A DNA stretch of 64,000 nucleotides from Auanema rhodensis. Taxonomy: Eukaryota > Animalia > Nematoda. The stretch covers positions 13,640,001 to 13,704,000 of the forward strand of contig OZ059895.1 in assembly GCA_964057225.1 (NCBI GenBank). Direction: 5' to 3'. How positions within the stretch are numbered: the stretch's first letter is position 1; the number at the start of each line of letters is the position of its first letter. Position numbers and translations under genes: made by a program. The notes below the pieces were generated by a model that searched no databases, was not told where the DNA came from, and saw nothing but the letters and a program-made list of their open reading frames with translations. Below are positions 36,600-50,100 of this stretch, one piece after another.

Positions 36600-39244
36600 T
36601 TATCGTTTCCACTGTTTGTTATTTCTTATATTTCAAGAGAATTGTGAACCCATTCCAGTTGGAATCCACGACACCCATTGTCCTGTCTCATCACGCTTAG
36701 TACTTTGTGAGGCCAACGGATATTGCCAGTGCCCTCCAAAAGTATCTGCTTCAACTCTGAAAAAGCTCCTTTATTGAAGATAAATATATTTTTCAAACCT
36801 GAAATTTCTCCACTCTGGAACGTAAAAACGGAAACAGTCCAAGCGCCTAATACCAAGAGTGCTGTCATCATCATAATTTCCTTTCCGAATTATAGCCCAA
36901 TCCGGTAGACAAAAGTCATAACAATCAGAACATGAAACATCTTAAAAGCATTTTTTAAAATCTTCGAAGTTCTCAAAATAAGAACCTTTAGCATGAACGC
37001 GCTGTTTCAACAAATACCACTTAGCACCAACACAATCTGACACAGTATCTGTGAATTTGCTGTTTGCTGAAACGGTGTCTAAAGCTTCGGCTTCAAATTG
37101 CCAAAACTCCTGCCATCCAAATGTTGAATGAATCTTTAAAAAATGTTTATAATTTTGTTTAAGAAGAATATTTACTTCATATGAACTACTGGAAACAGCT
37201 TCAGAAAGTTGATCAATGCTGCTTATTGCATCTCGATCTAATGGCATTAAAAAGCATGTAGTATGACGCCCAGATGAATCAGTAAGTGCATGATCAGCTA
37301 TGGCTATGAAGCCCTAAAGATTTATTGGTTATTGGTTTATTGGTTATTAAATCAATAGTTGTGTCTTACGGTTTCGAAATCTATCGCAGTAAAACTATTG
37401 CTTTTAAATGGTAAATTTCCACGAAGTTCGAAATGAGCTTGAGCTTTAAGAAAAATGTATTTTCAACGTTTTCGATAAAAATAACTAACTTGAAGAAAAG
37501 AAATGCACATAAACAGACGATGGCAGATTGGTTGAAGTCAATGAGGGATTTTTTCGACGACATTCTTCACAAACAGGAGGATATAAGAGGAATTCAGTTA
37601 TCTGAAATATCAAAATATTTATTATATTATGGTCGTACTAAGAACATACGGCATAACGATGAAGGAGAGCATTCAGTACAATTCCAAGTAGAATCAAAAA
37701 GAGTATCAAAAATAAAATTATGCAACATAAATTTGCTAGTAGTTGCGGTGTATACTCAGCGTTTCTATAACTTATCGTACTTTTAATATAAACGCAACAA
37801 CAAATACCGAAAATGATCAACTAATGAAAGTATATACTCTTTCGTTCGGAAGCAAAAGCCCTGTCGTCCTTCAGCATTGCGAGTACTTTTAGATACAAGA
37901 GACGCTTGAGATTGTGGCTAGAAATTATGACTTTTTTGCTACCAGATTTCATATTGAAACTTACTATATGAGATTTGCTTGATATATGTAATGATCCCAT
38001 TAGCTCATCTGATTGTTGCATTCTCTTATAACTGTCTTTTCGCATAAATGATCTGAAATATTTATATATTAAACTTTGAAATACTTTTCTAGGAAATGTT
38101 TAAAGCGGTTGTCATAGAGGGGATTGGAGAAAACGACGCAGTACAACTAATGTTTTATATTCGCTGGCATAGCAGCTGATGTTTGACTAGTTACGGTAGA
38201 ACGCTTATATTGTTAGATTTCCAAATTTTTGTCTATTTTCAACAATAAATGGATTGATCTTTAGGAATTTTTAAACAAAAACAACTTTATTAAGACACCT
38301 GAAAATGACTTTATATTGAACTTACTCATTGTCAGATACGTGATAACTATCAAATCTATGAGATATCGGAGACTGAACAGTGAAGATAGGATTGGATCCT
38401 CTAAAAAATAAAGTTACAGAAATAAAATTAAAAGATGTGAAACCCTGATCTTACCTCATAGCATTAATACCGCTGCTTGGAACAGCCGAAGTAATGACTT
38501 GCCTTTCTTCCTTTAATTTGTATTTATAAACTTTCTTATTAGAATATTAAAACCTCTAATCTGGTCGAAGGTGAAGCTTCTTTTGAATGTCCCGAACCAT
38601 GTGTTTCAACAATACGAGCGCCCCCTTCTAAAATATATGACATATGATATATGAATTGTAAGTTATACCAGAAGTATGAATTTCATGAACATCATATCCA
38701 AAGTTATTAATGATTGTTGTATTGTTTGTTGTATCGGCAAACTCAATGCGAGGACTCGATGCATTTAATCCTTAAGAAATGAACTTTTCTTATATTTTCA
38801 ATTGTGAATCCAAATATAAACTGACCACTGTTGTCAAAGTACGGTCGAACAGGTGACACTTCTATATGTTGTCCATAATCTAAATTAAACAAATATTTTA
38901 AGTTTATATGATATAACTAAAGATTACTTGCTGAATCATGAATAAATGAAGGCTCACGGCTAACATCATGCTCCCCTGTGAAGTGATACCTAATATATAG
39001 TAGTATATCGTAGTTTTGTTTATAGTGCTTAATACCTATCGAAATCGCCATCTTTAGTTTCAAAAGTCTCTACCGATTTTCTAATTGTTGTGATTGGTAC
39101 TCCTATTCCTAAAACGGCACATTACTATACCCTTTTTCCCAAAGGTTATATCTAACCTCCTACACGAACAGGACGTCGTCCTTCCTCTATAATTTTGTGT
39201 TCAATGACCTCAACTTGTTCAATGGAACGCCTAGGGCGATCCAT
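36600..39244 (-). CDS. Type II membrane BRICHOS-domain protein
   Basis: Long low-complexity N-terminus, transmembrane segment LCCIILFLILFLILLGIVL, and a BRICHOS-like IVDF...FIAIAD...CFLMPLDR region followed by a Cys-rich C-terminus. Confidence 0.7.
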
Positions 39245-40796
39245 AATTGTCAGAAACCTTGTACTGAAAATGAAATTGAAGAAATGAGTAAAGACAATTT
39301 GTGAATAGTGACGTTCAATTATACAAAGCAGAATAAAAGCCGAATAAGTAAAAAGAAAACAAGGCCAGTTTCAAAATCAATTGTATTCTAAAATAAATAC
39401 ATTTATCTTGTAAATCATTATTTTTATTGAAAGAAAAACATAGCAAGTTCTTATATAGATGAAGTAATAAGTTTTGTTAATATACAGCAATAGCATTAAT
39501 AGCCGGATTTTATTGATTGGAAGTAATGAAAATCATGTGAAAGGGAAGTTTTTCAGTTTTCAAGGTTAAATCCTCAAAAACAAATTCACAAAACTCATTA
39601 TAGCTTTGGAAATTTGAAAACTCATTTCAGAGCAAACTTTAACTCACATTATTCAAATTTCCACTAGAGGATAGTGGACAAATAATTTTGATATTTAAAC
39701 GTTCTACGACAGAATGTGACCCATTTTTCGTTATCCGTTTCCGATCTTCTACTTTCGCTCTGTTCAGATTTATTATATTCCGCAACGTATCCGTGAAAAG
39801 GACGAAACACAAGAACATAAAAATAAGAAAAACCATCCAAATATTTTGAAGTATATTGAATATTTTATAAATTTGTATTTTTAGAAGTCATCTACTATAA
39901 TATTACAAAATATTACAAAATACAGACACACTTAGGATATGTAAATTCAAAAAAAATAGAATTTTTCGATTTAAAATGTTGAATATTCAAAAAACGATAA
40001 AGAAAATTGAAGTTAAGTTGTAATTACAGAAACAATCAGAAATATTACCAAAAGTGTTTCGCTTCATGAAATATATCTATATAATACTTAGAATATACAT
40101 TTATCGTAGACGGAGAGAGAAATAGAAATTAGAAGACGAAAGAAGAGGATAACAGTTGAATGTGGGATCCCGCAGTAAAATGGTAGGGTTGGATCACCTT
40201 CAAAAGACATACGACAAACATATATATATATAGTGTAGCAGTTTGGAATATATGCTTAAATATGAATACTTCAACTCTCGTAATGTAGATATATGAAGTT
40301 CTCCAGCTGTTTCGTTTTAGTGTTCATCTAAATGAAGAATAACAATAATATGTAACTATATAGTATGGAATTTGCAATGGTTTCATAGTAAGTAATGTTC
40401 AAGAGAATGTCCAGTACACATGAAATGACCTCGAAATGATCATTGTGAGGGTGACAGGTTAAAACAGCGCTTGAATAAAAGAGAGAACAGAAATGTGATT
40501 GTCCATCGTGCTTAGAGGGTCACTCTAGGAAATAGCAGAGAAGGTTGTGTTGCTCATTTCATTCTGTTGTCATACTTTCCACTTTCACATATAAAGTGGC
40601 TCCTACTGGTCAGCTTTCTATCATCTTCTCTTTGTATATCTGTATAGTATGTTGTACATTAGCTACGTCACAATTTTTTGGAATGTTTCTCAGTTTTCTC
40701 CAATTAGAAAAAAGAATTTAATAAAAAAACCAATACAATTATGTTTGAATTTACTTTGTACATATTTGAGATTTATCTACCAGATTATACAACGAC

Positions 40797-41478
40797 TTAT
40801 TTCATGTAAGCTCTAGCTTGGAATGTGATACAAGCAGCTTGTCCCAATTTAGTATCGTGAAGAGCATACTGTAGTTGATAAGGAGCATTATCTTTCAAAA
40901 GGTCTATAATGCTGGAATATTGGGAAAAGTCGAGTTCAAATTTGAGTTGCTGTTTTCCTGGTCTTATTGGACAAGAAACACCATTTGTGCAAGCATCCAA
41001 GTTTTTCCTATTTGTAAAACATATGCTTAATAGATAGAACAAAAATCTTACAATAATCCGAAGGTTGGAACCGAAGACCAAGTGCAAGCGCCTGACCAGG
41101 ACCAAACACTGATTGTCTATAAAGTTTTAGTCAGTGAGGCTTTAGCTCGTAATAAATACTTGTTTCAAAGTAGGACTGGAGTATGTGTGAGACGGATTGT
41201 ATGCATCAGTTAGAATAATTAAGGGGTTGCTCAAATGAATTGGATACTCATAATTTCCTGCAATTAATATATAACTTTTTTATTAGAATAAAATATATAT
41301 TTTTTAATTTCGTGTTATATAGCTAACCTTTTAGGTCTTGTGGAGTTGCACTTGAAAATTGAATATCTCCACCACACTGCCACCAAGTCACACTAGTTTC
41401 AGTAGTGTTCGGCCATTGAACGTTACATCCATATACAGTTGAAACAAGAAGTAATGTGCAAATTAGTTTATAAAGCAT
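40797..41478 (-). CDS. Secreted ML (MD-2-like lipid-recognition)-type nematode protein
   Basis: Signal peptide MLYKLICTLLLVSTVYG; WWQC, YEYPIHL, VPTFGLL, LDACTNGVSCPIRPG. Confidence 0.65.
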
Positions 41479-42862
41479 GGCTACAATTTTGAAAATAAGA
41501 CTTGGAATTTTTTTTATTTGTTAAATTAGAAAAAATGTTTAGAAGACGTGGTGGTTTTGTTTCACCGCGTAAAATGTAATACAATCTCTCATTTAAGTAT
41601 AGAAGGTTATCATGCATTTTTACAGATAATCTAGGGCTACATTGTCATTATCTTGAGCAGAGTAATTGATAAGACGAAGAACGTACCGTCCTTACCTTCC
41701 TAATTTATACTCCAATCCGGAATTGAGCAATAAGTCTCACGTGTTTCGGTTGACAAGAACAAAGGTTTACATATTTCACAGTCTAATCATAGTCGTTTAC
41801 AGGAGAACAGTTGAAGTAAAATTAAGAAAATCATTATACTATAATAATAACTTTTTTCCTATATTTACAATTAAATAGAAGATTTTCAAGCTATTAAAGG
41901 AATCCATAGTTCAGTTTAGTTTTTTAATCAAAAAGCAAGAAGACCCTACTTAAAAAACACGATATTCATTCGATGACTTCTGATCTTCTATTAGAACAAA
42001 TAATAGTAAATGCTAGCTGTTTACTGTACTTGCTCACTGTAACAATAGAATTCTTCATAATTCAATAAATTTATTAGGACTCACATATTATTTGTTTTAT
42101 ATTTATTAGCTTTAAAATTGTGAAGCTTCTTTATTAAACTAGCAATTGTATGCAAAGCGGTGCTAGAATTTTAATCTTCTCAACATATGAATTCGTTGTT
42201 CCAGTGCTAAAGCTTTAACCAAAAAAATATGGACATTTAATTATGAATTATCATACATTGCAAGAAATCTCAGTATAAATCAACTGAAGGTGCGTTTGAT
42301 GAAGAGTGATTATGATATCCCCTCAAACAGTTGATTTGAAACAAAAAGAATAATACAGATCTTTACCAAGTAGAAGCAAAATAAGACAATACATCTACTG
42401 CACAATATCATTATGCCAATACTTTTCAAATGCAATAAAACATTGCGTGTTGTTAATGCGCTGAAAAAATAAATTCATACCAATAGTTTTCGTAAAGACA
42501 TTAAACATTTTGGTAATGAAAATAAGTTTCAGTGCCATGAACAAACTTTATATATGCACAATAGCAGCAATTAGCAAAAGAAATTTCAAACAGATGAAAC
42601 ATACAGAAGATATGTGAAAAAACAGTTCTATGTCGACTCTCCAATATACGAAAATAAGGTAAAACAATAGTGAAGTAAAAAAATTCAAGCTGGGATTGAA
42701 ACCGAGAGCATTAAATTAGCATTAGATTATAAATTCGAAGAAAACATTAGAATAGTGAAAAGTGTTGGAATTCTAGAGCGAAAGTTCTTATGAGGCAAGT
42801 TCATATTTTTCGAAAACATAGAAGCTTGCTCAAACAGCAAGCAAAAGGAAAACAGCAAAAAT

Positions 42863-43607
42863 CTAAACATAATTACAGCATTTGTTCATTTTCCGAGCTT
42901 GCGTATAAAACAGCTTAGACTGGTCAGAAAGATTTTCACTCTTTTTCACGAGATCGTCCAATTTTTCTCCACGATCCAAGACGGACTGAATGGTATTATG
43001 CATGACAATTTTAGTTTCTTCGACTTCTTCCTGAAAAAATAAAATTATTGACGGTTTACAAGTATTTGGATTAAGTATTTATCACCTGCACTCTGGTCAT
43101 TGGATCAGCTTCTCTAGGGTTCTGCCATTTCTTTAACATTTCTTCCAATCCCGCATACGTACAATCTTTATCTGATTGTATTTGAGCCTTTATTAGAATA
43201 TTAATTATCAAAATATTAGTTATAAACTAACCCATTGTACGGCTGGAACTTTAGCAGTAAAGTCATCAAGAACTCTTGTCATAAACGACATAGCTACTCG
43301 TGCTTGATATTCACCATCAGTCACACATACACCAGCTAAGCCGTCAGCTCTAACGTAACAGTGAAGATAATACTCGTTTTCTTTCACACTACTTCGAGCA
43401 CCCAATCCTGATCTTTCAACGAGTAGTTTACCGGTGAATAGCATGAATTCCTAAATGAATAAGTAGATAAAACAAAAGCATACAGAATGATACTTGTACA
43501 GATCCTCGCTGGAAAAATCCAAATGAGGATAAGTCGTAACACGCCTTCAATGGTCGAACAGTGCCATCTGTTATTTTATGATATACCATAACAGAGTAGA
43601 GTTTCAT
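42863..43607 (-). CDS. YKT6 (ykt-6): Longin R-SNARE YKT6
   Basis: DLSSFGFFQRGSVQEF, WQNPREADP, LDRGEKLDDLV, and the C-terminal CCNYV* prenylation motif. Confidence 0.96.
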
Positions 43608-43851
43608 TCTAAAAAACACTGTTAAAACAAAGATACAAAAGCTTAGCTCAAAATAAAAATAGGGTATCAAACCATACAAAAAACAAAACGCATAAAATAT
43701 CAAACTTTAATTAAACGATAACAAAAACAACAAAACCCGAAGATGTAGAATGTCAACGACTAGAAAATAAGAAAGTATATTTTATATTTTATATACTGTT
43801 GTATGTTGTGATATACATTTCACTTAATTTGAAATTCTTTCGAAAATTAAT

Positions 43852-45796
43852 TCAAAAGATAGATGTAATTGCGGTTGTGAATTGTTTATCAAAGTTTGTC
43901 TCAGAAAAACGTTTGGTAGAATCTCGAGCAGCTTCCCGAATCCTATCTCTTTGACTTTTCGTTTTGGAAATTATTTCTTGTATTTTTTCAACATATTCTG
44001 TACGAAAACATTATTTTGTAAACATGATTTGAAATAGTACCTTCCTTGGTATTTGCCAAAAAACCTACTGTACCACTTTTATTTGAAATTATATCAAGTT
44101 TTGGTCCAGCTACAAACATATAAATAATATCGAAAATATATTAAATGTAACCTGAATTGTGAGCAACCATTAAAGTCCCTGCTGCCAAGCCTTCCACAAC
44201 TGATATGCCAAAGTGTTCATCTATCATTGTATGTATAGATATCATAGATTTCTAAACATATAGTATATTATCGACATATTAAAATGAAAAGAAAGAAAAT
44301 AGAATTCAAAAATTATACGCTTAATGCTTCCAATAGATCATCGAAAGGAACATTCAGAAGAAATTTCACATTATCCTCTAATTCTAATTGCTGCGCATAA
44401 GCCTAATTCAAATATCTGTAAGTACGGGCCAAAATCAGAAAGAAAACCTTCAAATCGCTTGCGCGTTTTTCATCGTCTGAACCCCTACATCCGCCTGCAA
44501 TAGTCAGTTGAACCTGAAAATAAAAGAACACTAATTGTTGCATTATTAAAACTATACTTTAAGGCCTTGTTTGAGAAGAATAGGTTTTAGATCATGGATA
44601 ATCTCTATTTGTAACTTATGATTTTTTTCAGGACGAATCTGGCCGACAGAAATAATGCGGACAATATTATCATTAGAGTAACTATAAGCAAAAAGGTATA
44701 GTGGTAAATGACAACTATTCAATACCAACTCTCAGCAGTCTGCTCCAAAAGCAACAGCGAAGATACGTCGCATGGCGGAAATACAATAAAAGGTACTCTC
44801 TTCCAAAGTAATTTTAGGTGATTTGATGTCCAACTATAAAATTATAACAAACTTATTACAGAAGACGTGCAGTTTTCTCACCTACCGTTGGCGATCACAA
44901 TATCGGATGACCGCCCCGCAAAGCCATAAATCAAAGCAAATAAATCTTAACTCAAATGAAATAAAATAAAAAAAATAATTCTCATTACTATAATATATCA
45001 TCTTAGCATAACTAAGAATAGAGGAACGCACTATCACACTTGAATTGTTATATCTTTCCTCGCGCCTAGATACCATGTCGATCATATCTGAAGTAAGCAA
45101 ACCAATTCAAAAATATTACATTATCAGCAAACCGTAAGAAATTGTCGGATAATGAACATACGCTGCAACTTTAGCCCCAGCGATGTATTTGAATAATGGC
45201 AAAGTAAACGGAAAACCCATACTATCGATATAAATCTAAATAAGTCGGTCGCATACAGCAGTCACAGCACATAATACCTCAGGATTTACTTTTATCAATG
45301 CTTCACATCCTAATATGAACCCGAAAAATCCTTGTAAGATCATGGTGAAATAAGGATATAAATCCGCTTCAACAAGTCGACGAGTTCTAACGAGAATAAT
45401 GCAAGAAATATTAGATTCATTATTACCGTAGATAAACGAAGATTAAATTGTCGGGATCTACTTCTATTCCGAATCTTTGTTTGGCTTTTAGAAGAATTTG
45501 TTCTTTACTAGCATCTCGATCACCAGTGAAAAGCACATATTTTTTCCGAGGAAATCAAAAACCAAAAAAATTTACTTAAAAATTATAGAATATTACTTTT
45601 TTTGCAAGCTGCTGATTGCACACCATAGCACACGCTCTCCACCTCCTCCTGCATTGCAATAAGGATGAAAAAAAGCTACAACATTTTGCTGTCTAAAAAT
45701 TGAAAATGTATTACTCTCTATATTATGTAAACGTTATTACCTGCGTAAACGTATCAAAACAAGAAAACAAATTAGTAAAAAAGCTAAAATAATCAT
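43852..45796 (-). CDS. ALG11 (algn-11): ALG11 alpha-1,2-mannosyltransferase
   Basis: [65 protein letters not shown]. Confidence 0.95.
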
Positions 45797-47142
45797 TCTA
45801 GTCCTACAATCAATACCTCGCAATGTTGCGTAGATATATTATTCAAAGGAAAAAGCTGTAATCATAATTAAAAATCGTTAAACATATTAAAAGAATTTCA
45901 ACGGGACAATGTGAGCTAGAGAAAAGCAGTATAAATAAGAAACATTGGACCTCGCGGAAAACAAAGCTAGCTACGTCATCACATTATTTAGCCACGTATC
46001 GATTTAACCCGCTGATGGCCTGCGTCTCTTAAAAACTAGTTTTCTCTAAACTGACCTAACACCAATTTTAAAAAAACATAACAGTTTGAATACCCATTAT
46101 TATTCTAAGATATTTTTTCATTCAAACTCAGTATAAAAACATTAGCTCGTGATAAATCATTTTAATTATTACCCTTTATATTTCTTTTACCTTTCAAGAG
46201 TATAATATTAACCTAAATGTTTTACTTCATATTATTTCTTCCATTTTCAGAAATAAGCCTAACCTCTTCTTTAATACTAATTCTCTTCTGGCATTCTCGA
46301 CCGTATCTTCTTTTACTTTTCCAGAATATACTATTATATATCATAGCAAACCGAATTTGGAAAAATTACTACGAATAGGCGCAGAAGGTATAATATGATA
46401 CGATGAGAACAATAGCAAAAACAGTTATAAATCAACATTAGAACATTTAAAATACTTTATTAATATCAAATCGCTCTATATATTTACAGTCTTTAATCGT
46501 TCGATAAAATAATTCAGAATAAACAAGTAGTCGACAGCAATCGCGTTAAAAAACCGCGATACGTTTGAAGAAGAAATAGTTACGCATGAAATCAAGTTTT
46601 TCATCGGTCACTTACAAGTCGCCCAGCATACAGTCCTGTGCGATGAAATTGGGACAATTGCAACTCAGAGATCTCAGAAAACACCTTGAAACTTCAAAAG
46701 ATTTTTTTCAAAAATATTATAAACTTTATTGCTTCATATAGCAAATATTAAAGCAAAATATATTAACATAAAAAAACTGAATTTAATATTATTACAAAAT
46801 TTATAACGAAAACAAGTGTTTTTTGAATAATTTTAAAATTCCAAAATTTTAGACTAGGAATATTCAAAAAATTTCAAAATGATTCTAAGCACTAATTATG
46901 TTCAACGGATAAAAGATAAACACAAGGCAAGTCTCCTATATACATATATGCTTGAACAGTACAAAGAAATTGATATCTCCGATCCAAAATGTTCATGATG
47001 ATGGAACAAAAGAAATAAACACAATTACCATATTGAACACGGTAGCAATGGAATAGAAAAAGGACGTATGCTTAAGTAAGTCATCGACAAATAATGTGAA
47101 AGTTTAAAGTTTTTTTCAAGCATAATTAAAAGCATGTATACT

Positions 47143-50100
47143 TCTTCCATATTATTATTCGTTGATTGGTATACGCGCATGCGTTTTACTGTGAACATAC
47201 GCAGTACTTGTCGAGCACTTACATAAGGATACCTTCCAGTTCCATTCAATTGCTGCGTTATGATTTCACTATCGAGCACTTACGTAAGCATGTATGCTTC
47301 TTTAATATCTGAATATTCATCTTGCATCTAAGACATCTAACTCTTTGTAGTTTCAAGCATAATTAACAAACAATAACATGATACTTTTGTTTTTGAAATT
47401 AACTTCTAATTCCAAACATATTCGTTAATGAATATACGCGCATGTGCTTTACTGTGAACATACGCAGTACTTGTCGAGCACTTACGTAAGCATTTAAACT
47501 TATTCCATATCTGAATGTTCATATCTTGCATCAAAGACATCTAACTGTTTGTTGTTTCAAGCATAATTAACAAACAATGACATCATACTTTTGTTTGTGA
47601 TTTAACTTCTAATTCAAAACATATTCGTTAATGGGTATACGCGCAAAGGATCTAGTGTAAACATACGCAGAACTTGTCGAGCACTTACGTAAGGATACCT
47701 TCCAGTTCCATTCAATGGCTGCGTTATGATTTCAGTAACGAGTACTTGCGTAAGCATTTAAACTTATTTCATATCCGAATGTTCATATCTTGCATCTAAG
47801 ACATCTAACTCTTTCTAGTTTCAAGCATAATTAACAAACAATGACATGATACTTTTGTTTTTGAAATTAACTTCTAATTCAAAACATATTCGTTAATGGA
47901 TATACGCGCAAGGGGTCTACTGTGAACTTACGCAGTAGTTGTCGAGCACTTACGTAAGGATACCTTCCAGTTCCATTCAATGGCTGCGTTATGATTTCAG
48001 TAACGAGTACTTGCGTAAGCATTTAAACTTATTTCATATCTGAATGTTGATATCTTGCATCTGAGACATCTAACTCTCTGTAGTTTTCAAGTATAATTAA
48101 AAAACAATGACATGATACTTTTGTTTTTGAAATTAACTTCTAATTCAAAACATATTCGTTAATGGATATACGCGCAAGTGGTCTACTGTGAACTTACGCA
48201 GTAGTTGTCGAGCACTTACGTAAGGATACCTTCGCGTTCTGTTCAATTGTTGCGTTATGATTTCACTATCGAGTACTCGCGTAAGCATTTAAACTTATTT
48301 CATATCTGAATGTTCATATCTTGCATCTAAGACATCTAACTCTATCTAGTTTCAAGCATAATTAACAAAAAATGACATGATACTTTTGTTTGTGATTTAG
48401 CTTCTAATTCCAAACATATTCGTTAATGGATATACGCGCAAGTGGTCTACTGTGAACTTACGCAGTAGTTGTCGAGCACTTACGTAAGGATACCTTCATG
48501 TTCCATTCAATCGCTGTGTTATGATTTCACTATCGAGTACTTTCGTAAGTATTTAAACTGATTCCATATCTGAATGTTCACATCTTGCATCTAAGACATC
48601 TAACTCTATCTAGTTTCAAGCATAATTAACAAAAAATGACATGATACTTTTGTTTGTGATTTAGCTTCTAATTCCAAACATATTCGTTAATGGATATACG
48701 CGCAAGTGGTCTACTGTGAACTTACGCAGTAGTTGTCGAGCACTTACGTAAGGATACCTTCGCGTTCTGTTCAATTGTTGCGTTATGATTTCACTATCGA
48801 GTACTCGCGTAAGCATTTAAACTTATTTCATATCCGAATGTTCATATCTTGCATCTAAGACATCTAACTCTTTCTAGTTTCAAGCATAATTAACAAACAA
48901 TGACATGATACTTTTGTTTTTGAAATTAACTTCTAATTCCAAACATATTCGTTAATTGATATACGCGCAAGTGGTCTACTGTGAACTTACGCAGTAGTTG
49001 TCGAGCACTTACGTAAGGATACCTTCGCGTTCTGTTCAATTGTTGCGTTATGATTTCACTATCGAGTACTCGCGTAAGCATTTAAACTTATTTCATATCT
49101 GAATGTTCATATCTTGCATCTAAAACATCTAACTCTATCTAGTTTCAAGCATAATTAACAATCAAGGGCATGATACTTTTGTTTTTGAAATTAACTTCTA
49201 ATTCCAAACATATTCGTTAATGGGTATACACGCAAAGGATCTAGTGTGAACATACGCAGTAGTTGTCGAGCACTTACGTAAGGATACCTTCATGTTCCAT
49301 TCAATCGCTGTGTTATGATTTCACTATCGAGTACTTGCGTAAGCATTTAAACTTATTTCATATCTGATTGTTCGTATCTTGAATCTAAGACATCTAACTC
49401 TCTGTAGTTTTCAAGCATAATTAATAAACAATGACATGATACTTTTGTTTTTGAAATTAACTTCTAATTCCAAACATATTCGTTAATGGGTATACACGCA
49501 AAGGATCTAGTGTGAACATACGCAGAACTTGTCGAGCACTTACGTAAGGATACCTTCGCGTTCTGTTCAATTGTTGCGTTATGATTTCACTATCGAGTAC
49601 TTGCGTAAGCATTTAAACTTATTTCATATCTGATTGTTCGTATCTTGAATCTAAGACATCTAACTCTCTGTAGTTTTCAAGCATAATTAACAATCAAGGG
49701 CATGATACTTTTGTTTTTGAAATTAACTTCTAATTCCAAACATATTCGTTAATGGATATACGCGCAAGTGGTCTACTGTGAACTTACGCAGTAGTTGTCG
49801 AGCACTTACGTAAGGATACCTTCATGTTCCATTCAATCGCTGTGTTATGATTTCACTATCGAGTACTTTCGTAAGTATTTAAACTGATTCCATATCTGAA
49901 TGTTCATATCTTGCATCAAAGACATCTAACTCGTTTTATTTTCCAAGTATAATGAACAATCAATGACATGATACTTTTGTTTTTGAAATTAACTTCTAAT
50001 TCCAAACATATTCGTTAATGGATATACGCGCAAGTGGTCTACTGTGAACTTACGCAGTAGTTGTCGAGCACTTACGTAAGGATACCTTCCAGTTCCATTC

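Noticed and set aside
45900-47000. Possible ncRNA or tRNA between ALG11 and the satellite
   Set aside because: No cloverleaf, A/B boxes or clear snoRNA or snRNA motifs recognisable by eye; an Rfam scan would be needed.
47025-47279. ORFs at the satellite edges (47025-47279 and 63655-63912)
   Set aside because: Chance frames in repeat DNA with no recognisable motifs.
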